Shown piece by piece: positions 51,909 through 61,823 of a stretch of 64,000 nucleotides of DNA (positions within the stretch are counted from its first letter, which is position 1; each line of letters begins with the position of its first letter). The stretch spans positions 92,236 through 156,235 of the forward strand of contig DBTA01000037.1 in NCBI GenBank assembly GCA_002306815.1, written 5' to 3'. Position numbers and translations under genes: made by a program. This DNA is from Dehalococcoidia bacterium UBA1328. GTDB taxonomy: Bacteria > Chloroflexota > Dehalococcoidia > Lucifugimonadales > Lucifugimonadaceae. The notes under the pieces were generated by a model. That model searched no databases, was not told the DNA's origin, and worked only from the letters and a program-made list of their open reading frames with translations.

Positions 51909-52889
51909 TTGGGACACAGCGTTATTTACTACGGGGAACACGACGGAGCCCGAACAGCGAGGGCACTCGAACTAGGTCCCGTAGATCTCGATTGGGGTGT
52001 TGTGAGTCCGGACGATCCGGAGAGTGAACGTGAAGAGGCTTTGAAGGATGCTGTCGCGATCATCACTAACGGACTGTCTATCACGACTGAAATGCTCTCG
52101 AAAATGCCGAAAATGAAGCTCCTTCAGGTGATGAGTGCTGGGTTCGACCGTCTCGACGTACCTGCCATTCGAGAGATGGGTATTGAGGTTTGCAATAACT
52201 CCCCTGCAATAGCGCGATCGGTTGCTGAGCACACCATCGGCATGATGATGATGGTTTATAAGCGAATGCCGCAGGGAGTTGATGGTGTAAAAGCAGGGAC
52301 GTGGCAGAAACCAGCGAAATCGGGCGAGTTCGGAAATGTTTACGAAATATCTGGTCGAACCGTTGGCATTATTGGGCTAGGAAACATTGGCACATGGGTT
52401 GCCAAGATGCTTCAAGGATTCGGAACAACGACTCTTTACACTGACGTGCGAGAGTTCTCTACCGAGAAAGAACGGGAACTTAAAGTGACTCGCGTATCGA
52501 TGGATGAACTTCTTGAGCGTTCTGACATTGTGACTGTGCACGTTCCGCTTTCTTCTCCGACCACCGGTCTGCTTGGTCGAAGAGAGTTCGCGCAAATGAA
52601 GTCTAATGCAATATTCATCAACACGTGCCGTGGACCGGTTCACAACGAACCCGAACTTATCGATGCACTAGATTCTGGTGAGATCTTAGGCGCTGGCCTC
52701 GATGTGACCGAGGTCGAACCCACACCACTCGATAGTCCATTGATGAATATGGATAACGTGGTACTCACGCCACATCTTGCAGGTTCGTCCCAGGAACGAG
52801 TCGACAGGGCATTGGTGTTCTCATTCGAAAATACGCGTAGAGCGTTGGATGGCGAAGAACTGGAGAATCCAGTTCAGGTGCTTGACTAG
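51909..52889 (+). CDS. D-isomer-specific 2-hydroxyacid dehydrogenase
   Basis: SAGFD..D, SVAEH, GIIGLG.IG, HVPL, INT.RG, GLDV...EP and TPH.AG. Confidence 0.93.
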   Translation: MGHSVIYYGEHDGARTARALELGPVDLDWGVVSPDDPESEREEALKDAVAIITNGLSITTEMLSKMPKMKLLQVMSAGFDRLDVPAIREMGIEVCNNSPAIARSVAEHTIGMMMMVYKRMPQGVDGVKAGTWQKPAKSGEFGNVYEISGRTVGIIGLGNIGTWVAKMLQGFGTTTLYTDVREFSTEKERELKVTRVSMDELLERSDIVTVHVPLSSPTTGLLGRREFAQMKSNAIFINTCRGPVHNEPELIDALDSGEILGAGLDVTEVEPTPLDSPLMNMDNVVLTPHLAGSSQERVDRALVFSFENTRRALDGEELENPVQVLD

Positions 52890-53640
52890 CAGATTGGCAG
52901 ATCAAATTACCCCATCGGGGATTCTGTTGGACCTGGATGGCACGGTGTTGCCGGTAGATCATCGTCCCTCGCCCAGAGTGATGAATGCCGTAGCGGAAGC
53001 TTCCAAACGAATTCCGGTCGCTATTGCTTCTGGTCGTGAACAGGATGAAGTCGGGCACTTCGCCCGCATGTTCGGACTGACATCTCCCCAGGTGGCAGAG
53101 AACGGAGCCACGCTTATGGATCCGATCACAGGGCGAGCGATTAGTCGCCATTTGATCGACCGCGCTACGATCGAGCCTCTTGTGGAAGAAATAGCGAAAT
53201 CTGCCTCTGGAATTCTCGTAAGCGATGCGGGAAGATTGGTTCGTGATCCGGCTGATATTAAAGACTGGCAAATCTCGATTATCATGGCGAGGTTTGCGGA
53301 CGAGGCTGAAGCGAGAAAATGGGCAGATCGATACCCGCCTGACGTAATCAGTGCCTGCGCGACTAACGATAATCAGGGTGATTGGTATCTCGACTGCACA
53401 GCGCCGGGCGTCGATAAAGCTGCAGGCGCCCGAGACTTCGCTAACGCAGTTGGAGCTGCACCAGAAGAGTTACTCGTTATTGGCGACGGCTCAAACGATC
53501 TACCCATGTTTGAGGTCGCCGGGATTTCGGTCGCAATGGAAGGATCAACTCACGAGCTCATTGAAGTAGCGACGGATGTAACGGCAGATCTCGCTAACGA
53601 TGGTGCCGCACTCGCGATTGAAAAGTACGTGTTGGGTTGA
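52882..53640 (+). CDS. Cof-type HAD phosphatase
   Basis: LLDLDGT, ASGR, ENGA, VDK and IGDGSNDLPMF. Start placed at the TTG overlapping the upstream stop region. Confidence 0.88.
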   Translation: MTSRLADQITPSGILLDLDGTVLPVDHRPSPRVMNAVAEASKRIPVAIASGREQDEVGHFARMFGLTSPQVAENGATLMDPITGRAISRHLIDRATIEPLVEEIAKSASGILVSDAGRLVRDPADIKDWQISIIMARFADEAEARKWADRYPPDVISACATNDNQGDWYLDCTAPGVDKAAGARDFANAVGAAPEELLVIGDGSNDLPMFEVAGISVAMEGSTHELIEVATDVTADLANDGAALAIEKYVLG

Positions 53641-53673
53641 TAACCAGACCAGCTAGCGCAGTTCTCGCGAGAA

Positions 53674-55545
53674 CTATTCTAGGTCGTCGAGCATTTCGTC
53701 GCTGTCGTCGACGAATTCTGGTGCGCTGTCGGTTTCGCCTGACTGTCTGAACGCCCGAACTCCGGCAGCGAGTCCGACCTGCCATGCTCGTGTTTCTCGA
53801 CGTAGGGCAGAGCGGAAGCGGTTTCCGTACTCGCCGACTTTCCTGAACTTTTTCTGACGACGACGAACGAGAGTGTTGGTGTTCTTGTTCGTGATCTCTG
53901 AGAGCTCGCGCATTAGCGATCGTTTGAGCAAGCGTGCGGCTTCAATGGGCGCACCGTGCGCTCCTGACTCAGGTTCGGGGACGATGTCATCGACGATGTC
54001 CATCTCAATGCAGTCGAGAGAAGTCAGCTTGAGCGCTCGTGCGACGTCGGATGCCTTGGCAGGGTCGCTCATTTCAGATTGAGCGCCTCGTTCCGGCGCT
54101 ATTGGCGTGTAAATGGCGTTCTCAAGCATTAGCACTCGGTCGGTGAGTCCAAACGCCAGAGCTGCTTCCGAACCACCTTCGCCGATCAGGATCGAGATGG
54201 TTGGAGCCTTTGCGCGCCCCATCTGGTCAATCATCCTGGCAATGGCACTGGCAAGACCGCGTTGCTCCATGTCGATGCCCAGTCGAGGTCCCGGTGAATC
54301 TACAATCGAAATGACGGGAATTTTGAACGTCTCTGCAAGAATCACGCCACGTCGTGCTTTACGGAAGCCGCCTGGGGTGATCTCACCCATGCGAAGTCCA
54401 GAAGGATCATCCTTCTGATCTGCCACTGATTTCTGCTGGGCTATGATCATTACGCTCTGGCCACCGAGGCGCGCTAGGCCAATGATCACCGATTGATCGT
54501 CTGAGTAAACGCGGTCGCCATGTAGTTCAAAGAAATTTGCGAACACGTTCTCTATGTAGAACCTGGCTCGAGGTCGATCAGGGCGACGAGCCAGCTTGAC
54601 CATATCCCACGCTTCTCTAGGTCGAATTGCGACCCGCTCGGTTGGCGCCCGGCGAGAAGACGTCAGACGGAATTCTGGAGAAATAAGATCTAGTATCGAA
54701 GCGAGTTCGTGCTTGAGGTGGTCTCGCTCGACGATCGTGTCGACGTGTCCTCGTTCTAGGTAAGCTTCGGCAGTGTGCTCTTTGTCGGCGCGCTTTCCTT
54801 CAAGTTCACGTAGATCACCAAGCGGCGCGAAGCCGATGTGCGATCCGGGTTCGGCAAAAATAATGTCTGCCATTGACGCGAAACTGCCGAGTACCTGACC
54901 CGTTGATGGATTGCTGAGGCAGACTATGAACGCCTGTCCCTTTCCACGCAGTGCCCGGACGGCGAGAGTGGTCTTTGCCATTTGCATCAGGGAGAGAATG
55001 CCCTCTTGGATGCGAGCGCCACCAGAGGTCACCATTGCCACGCAAGGCAGCTTCTTCCGGGCAGCGAGTTCAAGCGCCAGAGTCACCTTCTCACCGACGA
55101 CGACGCCCATTGAGCCGCCAAGGAAGCTGGAGTCGAGAACGATGATGACGACTGGGGTTCCGCCGATGGAGCAGGTTCCCGTCACGGCCGCTTCAGAAAG
55201 ACCGGTACGAGTTTGATCCTGAAGGAGTCGGACCCGGTATGAGATTCGAGGTGAGAATTCGAGAGGATCGAGCGATTGGATCCACTTGCTAGTTTCCTTG
55301 AAGCTATCTTCGTCAGCGACAGCTGCTATGCGTCGGCGCGCTGAGATCGTGTAATGCCAGCCGCAAGCAGGGCAGACTCGGAGCCGAAGGTACTTGGTCG
55401 AGTTCGATATATCCGAGCCGCAGTACAGACACACTTTTCGGAGTTTTTCGAGATTGAGGGAGTCGTTTTCCTCTGTCAGCTTCGCAATCGCTTCGTCGTC
55501 TTGCGGCTGCTCGTCTGGAAATAATGGCGTGACGTTATCTGACAC
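53674..55545 (-). CDS. accDA: Fused acyl-CoA carboxylase carboxyltransferase beta+alpha (AccD-AccA)
   Basis: N-terminal Zn finger C..C...CPAC, FLGGSMG.VVGEK and SGGARIQEG (AccD). Then R..RP, ELHGDR...DD, GFRKARR, GEGGS and D.IVPEP..GAH (AccA). Confidence 0.92.
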   Translation of the reverse strand: MSDNVTPLFPDEQPQDDEAIAKLTEENDSLNLEKLRKVCLYCGSDISNSTKYLRLRVCPACGWHYTISARRRIAAVADEDSFKETSKWIQSLDPLEFSPRISYRVRLLQDQTRTGLSEAAVTGTCSIGGTPVVIIVLDSSFLGGSMGVVVGEKVTLALELAARKKLPCVAMVTSGGARIQEGILSLMQMAKTTLAVRALRGKGQAFIVCLSNPSTGQVLGSFASMADIIFAEPGSHIGFAPLGDLRELEGKRADKEHTAEAYLERGHVDTIVERDHLKHELASILDLISPEFRLTSSRRAPTERVAIRPREAWDMVKLARRPDRPRARFYIENVFANFFELHGDRVYSDDQSVIIGLARLGGQSVMIIAQQKSVADQKDDPSGLRMGEITPGGFRKARRGVILAETFKIPVISIVDSPGPRLGIDMEQRGLASAIARMIDQMGRAKAPTISILIGEGGSEAALAFGLTDRVLMLENAIYTPIAPERGAQSEMSDPAKASDVARALKLTSLDCIEMDIVDDIVPEPESGAHGAPIEAARLLKRSLMRELSEITNKNTNTLVRRRQKKFRKVGEYGNRFRSALRRETRAWQVGLAAGVRAFRQSGETDSAPEFVDDSDEMLDDLE

Positions 55546-55664
55546 GGCGTATGTGTAGCTCCCTGAGGGTGAGATAGGCGCGATGCATGCCGATTCACTT
55601 TAACTATTCTAAATCAGGAACATTACCGGACTCTTGGCCGGCTGACCTGATGACAGGTATATGA

Positions 55665-58061
55665 CTAAAGAACCGGACGAGGTTTGCCAGGTTCGCCGGC
55701 ACCTACGATGCCTTCGTCTTCTAGTTCGTCCATAAGACGGGCAGCACGCGGATAGCCAATACGGAGTCGACGTTGCAGCAGCGATACAGAGAGGGTTTTC
55801 TGTGATTGAGCAAGGGATGCGGCCTGATCAAATAGAGAATCCCCGCCGGTGTTGCCCGATGCTGTACCCCCATTATCGGCACCTGCATCGTCGAAGGTCA
55901 CAACAAGCTCGGGTAGTGCAGGTCCACCCATATTCTTCCAAGAAGAAACCACGCCCTCGATTTCCTGATCGTTGAGGAACGCTCCCTGAACACGTGACGG
56001 CTTCGGTTTGTCGATCGGCATGTAAAGCATGTCGCCTCGACCAAGGAGCTTTTCAGCACCGACGGAATCGAGGATCGTTCGTGAGTCAATTTGCGACATC
56101 ACTGCGAACGAAATTCGACTAGGGAAGTTTGCCTTGATGAGTCCGGTCACAACGTCGACAGAAGGGCGCTGAGTTGCGACGACCAGATGTACTCCGGTAG
56201 CGCGTCCCAGTTGTGCGAGGCGGACGAGCAGACGTTCTACGTCACCAGCTGCAGTGAGCATCAGGTCGGCAAGTTCATCGACCAAGATCACCAGGTACGG
56301 CATTTTCTGGTCTTGCTTCTCGTTATACGAAGCAATGTTTTTCAGGCCTGCTTGTTCAAGTTGGCGGAATCGACCCATCATTTCGTCGACGAGTGAACGA
56401 AGAACGAATACCGCGCGATCGGCCTCAACGATTACGGGGTGGTAAAGATGCGGAATACCCTGGTACGGCGTCAATTCAACGCGCTTCGGATCGATCATGA
56501 TCAACCGAAGTTCGAGCGGTGTCTTCGTCATGATCAGACCGGTGATTAGGGCGTTCATGCAGACACTTTTACCGGATCCAGTCGAACCCGCAACGAGAGT
56601 GTGGGGCATCTTAGACAGGTCGGCCATGACTGCTTCACCGCCACTTCCGAGTCCCAGCGGGACAGGGAGTGCGGCGTTTTCTGCAAATTGCGTCCACTCT
56701 GGTGTGTCCATCACGGAACGAAGGGTAACTTCTGTAGGGTGAGAATTCGGAACTTCGATTCCAACAACTGACTCACCGGGCACCGGCGCTTCAAATCGCA
56801 GGTTTGGTGATGCGAGCGCCAGTGCGATGTCTTTTTCGCGGTTGAGGATCGTGTCGACTCTTACACGCTGACCGGACTTTTCTTCGGAACGCCCCTTCCA
56901 GCCGGGACTGAGGCCGTACATGGTCACCGTCGGTCCCTGTCGAACCTGGTCAACACTTACATCGATACCAAATTGTTCGAGCGACTCTTCCACGCGTTGA
57001 CTGGTGTCTGCAATTTCTTCGTCAGTAATCCCGCCGGGACGCGCTATGGCGAGCATGTCACGGTTTGGCAGTCGCCATGGGAACCTGTGCGCAGCCGAAT
57101 AGTCGGGGACGGTAATGCCGTGTTCTTCGGCCTCTTCAACCTCAGTTGGTGTTGGATAGGCGACTGTTATTGGGGTGGCAGGATCGTTGGGTAGGCGATC
57201 GACATACTTTTCTAGCTCAGATTTATCCGTGGTCGTCGAATCACCGACATCTTCGGGCGCACCATTGGTGATCGTAGTGGCTGTGGTTTCGTCAGTGCCC
57301 GCTGACTGCTCCGGCGTGGCTGCGACGGTGATCTTGTCTGTATCCTCTTTCGCCTGTGCTTCCTGATCGGCCGCGAATGCCTCTTCGTCTTCTTTTCTGA
57401 GCTGCTTTAGCTGCGCTCGTTCATATCGCCAGTTTTCGAATTTCTGATAAATGATTTTCGATCCGCTAACTACCCCGGCATAAACGATGAGGATTCCCGT
57501 CCAAATGCCGCCACCGGTTCGCCTGGCCCAATTAGGAGTTCCGAGTATGAATGCGACAATTAGCAGAATCACCACGCGAACCCAGGCGAGTGCGTAGTCA
57601 ACGAGACCGAGATCGAACCTGTCCCAGTCGACCGGATAACGAGCGATGGCTATTCCGATGTCGCCGCCGTACGTATCGCCGCTGAATGAATCGAGCGGTG
57701 CATCGAAGATTCCGAGTGCACCTGAAATTGACAAACCGAGTGCTAGCGCTGCGAGATCCCATCTCCATCTAGCGAACAGCAGAGGGCGGTTGAACAACAC
57801 AAGGAATAAAGTAGCGACCAACCAAAGACCTAGAGGGATTGACGACCATCCGACCAGCCTGCCCGTATCGTCCTGGAAGAAGAAATAAGCGATTGCGGCG
57901 ATCACCAGCAGTGCGACGACAAACCATGCCTGAGGCGGAGCGGCGACCATAAGTCGACCTATTCCTTTTATAAAGGAGCCGATCCCTGTCGCAATCTTGA
58001 CGATTGGTTTCCCACCGGACTTGCCCGGTGTCGACTTCTTTGATGAGGATTTAGACGTCAA
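55665..58061 (-). CDS. ftsK: DNA translocase FtsK/SpoIIIE
   Basis: N-terminal TMs, GIEVPN, PH.LVAGSTGSGKS, IDPK.VEL, DELADLM, ATQRPSVDV, GAEKLLG.GDML and a gamma domain LQRRLRIGY.RAAR. Confidence 0.97.
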   Translation of the reverse strand: MTSKSSSKKSTPGKSGGKPIVKIATGIGSFIKGIGRLMVAAPPQAWFVVALLVIAAIAYFFFQDDTGRLVGWSSIPLGLWLVATLFLVLFNRPLLFARWRWDLAALALGLSISGALGIFDAPLDSFSGDTYGGDIGIAIARYPVDWDRFDLGLVDYALAWVRVVILLIVAFILGTPNWARRTGGGIWTGILIVYAGVVSGSKIIYQKFENWRYERAQLKQLRKEDEEAFAADQEAQAKEDTDKITVAATPEQSAGTDETTATTITNGAPEDVGDSTTTDKSELEKYVDRLPNDPATPITVAYPTPTEVEEAEEHGITVPDYSAAHRFPWRLPNRDMLAIARPGGITDEEIADTSQRVEESLEQFGIDVSVDQVRQGPTVTMYGLSPGWKGRSEEKSGQRVRVDTILNREKDIALALASPNLRFEAPVPGESVVGIEVPNSHPTEVTLRSVMDTPEWTQFAENAALPVPLGLGSGGEAVMADLSKMPHTLVAGSTGSGKSVCMNALITGLIMTKTPLELRLIMIDPKRVELTPYQGIPHLYHPVIVEADRAVFVLRSLVDEMMGRFRQLEQAGLKNIASYNEKQDQKMPYLVILVDELADLMLTAAGDVERLLVRLAQLGRATGVHLVVATQRPSVDVVTGLIKANFPSRISFAVMSQIDSRTILDSVGAEKLLGRGDMLYMPIDKPKPSRVQGAFLNDQEIEGVVSSWKNMGGPALPELVVTFDDAGADNGGTASGNTGGDSLFDQAASLAQSQKTLSVSLLQRRLRIGYPRAARLMDELEDEGIVGAGEPGKPRPVL

Positions 58062-59724
58062 TGGCGGTCGTGATTATTAGCGGGCGCCGTTTCGTTCGAC
58101 GACCCAGGAAACTTCCAACAGTGGTGCGCACAACATCTTCGAGCTCGCTCCACTCTATTGGCTTTTTCAAATGTTGTTCAAGCACTGGAGTCAGTGCGTC
58201 CTCAGTCTCGCATAATAGTCCCGGAGCGTCCTCTACGTGAACGAAACCGGCTGAGACGATTTTTGGTGTACCGACGAGGGAGCCATCGACCGTATCTCGA
58301 GAGAATGCGACCGTGACGACACCGTTGTGTTGCAGAGATCGTCGTTCGATCACGACGTTGCCTGACTCATCCCACATTCCGAGTCCGTGAACAAAAATGT
58401 GCCCCGCTTCAATTCGGTCAACAACCTCTGCGGAGTGTGCGTCGAGTTCAAGCACATCACCGTCGGTGAGAATGAAAGTATTTTCTGGCGACACGCCTGT
58501 GGTGACAGCGAGATCAACGTGTGCTTTCAGCATGCGATATTCGCCATGAACCGGTACGAAATATTTCGGACGAGTGGCGTTGAGCAGTGCTCGGAGTTCT
58601 TCTTTGCGAGCGTGGCCAGGGACATGAGTTCGAGTTTCGTGATTGGTGATAACTCGCGCACCAAGGCGAACAAGCTCGTTGATCGAGTCGTTGACTGGAA
58701 CCTCGTTCCCCGGGATGGTGCTTGCCGACATGATGATCGTGTCGTTGTCCTGGATTCGGATATCGTGATGGTCGTTTCTCGACATGCGTACGAGCCCAGA
58801 TTGTGGCTCGCCCTGGCTACCGGTGGTGAGGATTACGACCTTGTCGTCGGGAAGACTGTTCGCTTCGGTTGCGGAAATCAAGAGATCACCCGGGATGTTC
58901 AGGTGACCAAGATCACGACCAATTTTCGTGTTGTTGATCATGCTCCTACCCAGAACGCATAACTTGCGGTTGTACTTGATGCAGGCATCAGCCACTATTT
59001 GGATTCGAGCGATCTGTGAGGCGAAGCTGGAAATGATCACGCGATCGTGAGCCGCACCAATGAGCCCTGGAAGGTTCTCGACAACTTCGCGGTCAGAAGG
59101 TGAATACCCCTCTTCTTCAGCGTAGGTCGAATCTGCCATCAGGAGCAGGGCCCCGTCCTGACAAATGTCGGAGAGAACGCCAAGGTCTGTAGGAGGGCCG
59201 ATCACTGGTGCGTTGTCGAGTTTGAAGTCTCCGGTGTGAATCACTACCCCGGCCGGAGTGTTGATTGCGATTCCTGTTGAGTCAGGAACCGAATGACACA
59301 CGGCGAACCACTCAACTTCAAGATCGCCAATTTCGTGTTGCTCACCAGGATGGATGACGGTGAGTTCAGCTTCATCGCGCATTTTGGCCTGACGAAGCTT
59401 TTCGTGAATAAGTGCCTCAGCCATCGCTGGTGCGTAGACTGGGACGTTTACCCGTTTGAGGAGGTGAGGTACAGCTCCAATGTGGTCTTCGTGGCCATGA
59501 GTGATGAGGAGGGCTCGAACGCGATCAGCGTTTTCTTCGAGGTAGTCCATGTTGGGGATGACTACATCGATACCGGGCATATTCCATTCAGGGAACAGCA
59601 CTCCTGCATCGATTACGACAATATCGTCGACGGTCTCGAGAACCATCATGTTTTTGCCGATTTCGCCGAGTCCGCCAAGCGGGAGGACGCGAATCCATGG
59701 TGCGTCAGAGTTTTTGTATGTCAT
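58051..59724 (-). CDS. rnj: Ribonuclease J
   Basis: PLGGLGEIGKNM, THGHEDHIG, HTGDFK, TGSQGEP, H.PGH and PVHGEYR. Confidence 0.97.
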   Translation of the reverse strand: MTYKNSDAPWIRVLPLGGLGEIGKNMMVLETVDDIVVIDAGVLFPEWNMPGIDVVIPNMDYLEENADRVRALLITHGHEDHIGAVPHLLKRVNVPVYAPAMAEALIHEKLRQAKMRDEAELTVIHPGEQHEIGDLEVEWFAVCHSVPDSTGIAINTPAGVVIHTGDFKLDNAPVIGPPTDLGVLSDICQDGALLLMADSTYAEEEGYSPSDREVVENLPGLIGAAHDRVIISSFASQIARIQIVADACIKYNRKLCVLGRSMINNTKIGRDLGHLNIPGDLLISATEANSLPDDKVVILTTGSQGEPQSGLVRMSRNDHHDIRIQDNDTIIMSASTIPGNEVPVNDSINELVRLGARVITNHETRTHVPGHARKEELRALLNATRPKYFVPVHGEYRMLKAHVDLAVTTGVSPENTFILTDGDVLELDAHSAEVVDRIEAGHIFVHGLGMWDESGNVVIERRSLQHNGVVTVAFSRDTVDGSLVGTPKIVSAGFVHVEDAPGLLCETEDALTPVLEQHLKKPIEWSELEDVVRTTVGSFLGRRTKRRPLIITTAIDV

Positions 59725-59852
59725 ACGTTCAAAATGATGCCGACTGAGACATTACGAATGGACTACGCGCGTTGTGGCGACTCAGGTGAGGAGTCGTTGA
59801 GGCGAGCGATGAATGTTCGTGGATGTTAGAAGAGCCCCAGTTGGCGATCTCC

Positions 59853-60629
59853 TTATTCTTTATTTTCAGTTGTGTTGGTCGATATTGGTTCAGATATTTG
59901 AGACTCACTGGCAACCAATCGTTGTGCGGCATTTCCTGATGTTGGAGTTTCGGACGGTGCGACAGGGTCTTTGGTTTTTTCTTGCAAGTCTGATTTCGGT
60001 GCTTCTTGTACTTTCGATTTTTCACCTGCGGGCGGTTGTTGCACGCTTAGGCGGATCGAGGCTTGGATAGCCTCGGGTAGCTTGAGTACGTCTGCTTGCA
60101 GATCACGCTTGATTGCTGGATTTCGTAGACCTGCTGCGGGGTGATACAGCGGAAACAGGATACGGTCTTCCCACCTGAGAATTTTGCCGTGGTCCTGCGA
60201 GATTTTGCCTTCTGGGTAAAAACCGAGCATTGAATGGCGACCCAGTGTTACTACCACTCGAGGGTTTAGCAGCTCTATTTGCCGTTCCATATAGGGTCGA
60301 CACGCCGCTACTTCATCGGGCAGAGGATCGCGGTTGTCGGGCGGGCGGCATTTGACCACATTGGTGATGAACACGTCTTCGCGAGACAACGGGACGTTCG
60401 AGAGGAGCTCATCGAGCAGTTTTCCTGATCGTCCAACGAAGGGGAGTCCCTGTTGGTCTTCGTAAAATCCGGGAGCTTCACCAATGATCAGAATTTGCGC
60501 TGCTGAGGATCCGCTGCCGGGAACTGCGTTCGTCCTTCCGGAATGGAGAGCACAGTTGGTGCACGAGCGCACTGAAGAGGCGATGTCTTCGAGGGTATTC
60601 CAGCAGCCTTGCTGGGTTGGGATGGTCAA
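59853..60629 (-). CDS. Uracil-DNA glycosylase, family 4 (Fe-S)
   Basis: C..C.L, IGEAPG..ED..G.PFVG.SG, N.VKCRPP.NR.P and YHPAA. Confidence 0.93.
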   Translation of the reverse strand: MTIPTQQGCWNTLEDIASSVRSCTNCALHSGRTNAVPGSGSSAAQILIIGEAPGFYEDQQGLPFVGRSGKLLDELLSNVPLSREDVFITNVVKCRPPDNRDPLPDEVAACRPYMERQIELLNPRVVVTLGRHSMLGFYPEGKISQDHGKILRWEDRILFPLYHPAAGLRNPAIKRDLQADVLKLPEAIQASIRLSVQQPPAGEKSKVQEAPKSDLQEKTKDPVAPSETPTSGNAAQRLVASESQISEPISTNTTENKE

Positions 60630-60808
60630 ATTTACGGATCGAGGGAGAGGCGGGTAGGAGTATGCGATTGGTGCGCAGGTTGGTTGAGAATCAAGTTATC
60701 ACATGCGTGTAGTGGTTCGATCGTAAACATCGTTACGGGAGGTTAAGGCCAGCGCGGTCGATTATCGAGTTTGCTCCGGTTGTGAGGTCACATTTTTCGC
60801 AGGCGCGA

Positions 60809-60860
60809 AAAGACCGCAATTTTCTCGGTACTAGCAGATTTGAGAAACGATGCGGTCTTT
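60809..60860 (-). terminator. Intrinsic terminator after acpP
   Basis: AAAGACCGCA..TTTCTC / GAGAAA..TGCGGTCTTT hairpin. Confidence 0.7.
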
Positions 60861-60890
60861 ATTTATCGTTCGCAGGTGGTCGGAACCGAA

Positions 60891-61148
60891 CTAGTCGGTG
60901 ATTCCGCGCTCTGATAGGTAGCTCACAGCATCCTGAACAGTCCTAATACCTTCAGCATCTTCGTCAGAAATCTCAAGTGGCTGGTCGTCAGAGCCGAATT
61001 CTTCTTCGATTGCCATGATCAACTCGACAACGTCGAGTGAGTCTGCATTCAGATCTTCGGTGAAAGATGATTCTGCTGACACTTCTCCAGCGTCAACACT
61101 GAGCTTGTCGGCCGCAATATCACGGACTCGATCTAACACACTGGCCAT
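60891..61148 (-). CDS. acpP: Acyl carrier protein
   Basis: F..DL.ADSLD.VELIMA.EEEF and I.DEDAE.I.TV.DAV. Confidence 0.97.
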   Translation of the reverse strand: MASVLDRVRDIAADKLSVDAGEVSAESSFTEDLNADSLDVVELIMAIEEEFGSDDQPLEISDEDAEGIRTVQDAVSYLSERGITD

Positions 61149-61248
61149 TTACTTCAACCCCCAGGAGGTCATGCGGGACGGCCGTCCCGCTCGAACTGTT
61201 AATAAACTTTCAAATAAAGACGACCACAACGTGTGGCCGAACGGTCAC

Positions 61249-61740
61249 CTATGCTAGCAGAGCGCCGAGCACTCCGTTAATAAATTTTGGAGACGAGTCT
61301 GAGCCGAATAGGCGTGCAAGCTCGATTGCTTCGTTCGCAACAACGTTCCGCGGAGCCGAATCTTCCATATCGATCTCTCCAATTGCGACCCGTAAAACAT
61401 TGCGCTCTACGAGCGGCATTTGATCGGACGGGAACTGGGAGGCGAGCTTAGCTATACGTTTGTCGAGGTCGGTTCTCTGTTCTTCACAGAGTTGCACGAT
61501 CCTTACGGCGAAATCGCTGTCTGATTCCGACAGCTTTCTCTCTACCGCCAGTCGGCGAACCGCGCTTACTGCCGGATGCCCTGAAGAATCGGACTCGTAA
61601 AGCGCTTGCACTGCCACAGCGCGTGCCCCGAAGCGTCCACCGGCGATACCTGGGTCACTTTCCCCAACTGTTTCGCCATCGACCAGCTCGTCTAAGCGAT
61701 CAGGCTCTTGCGGGATGAATTTCGTTTTGACTGCGGACAT
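61249..61740 (-). CDS. nusB: Transcription antitermination factor NusB
   Basis: AR..AVQALYE, ERNVLR.A..E, V.NEAIELA..FG and S.KFINGVLG. Confidence 0.93.
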   Translation of the reverse strand: MSAVKTKFIPQEPDRLDELVDGETVGESDPGIAGGRFGARAVAVQALYESDSSGHPAVSAVRRLAVERKLSESDSDFAVRIVQLCEEQRTDLDKRIAKLASQFPSDQMPLVERNVLRVAIGEIDMEDSAPRNVVANEAIELARLFGSDSSPKFINGVLGALLA

Positions 61741-61823
61741 GTTTAGTCGACCCTCGGGGAGATTCTCTGAGAAATTTCTACCCGAGGATTCCGATAATTA
61801 AATAGTGAGGTTTTTTAGACTGT

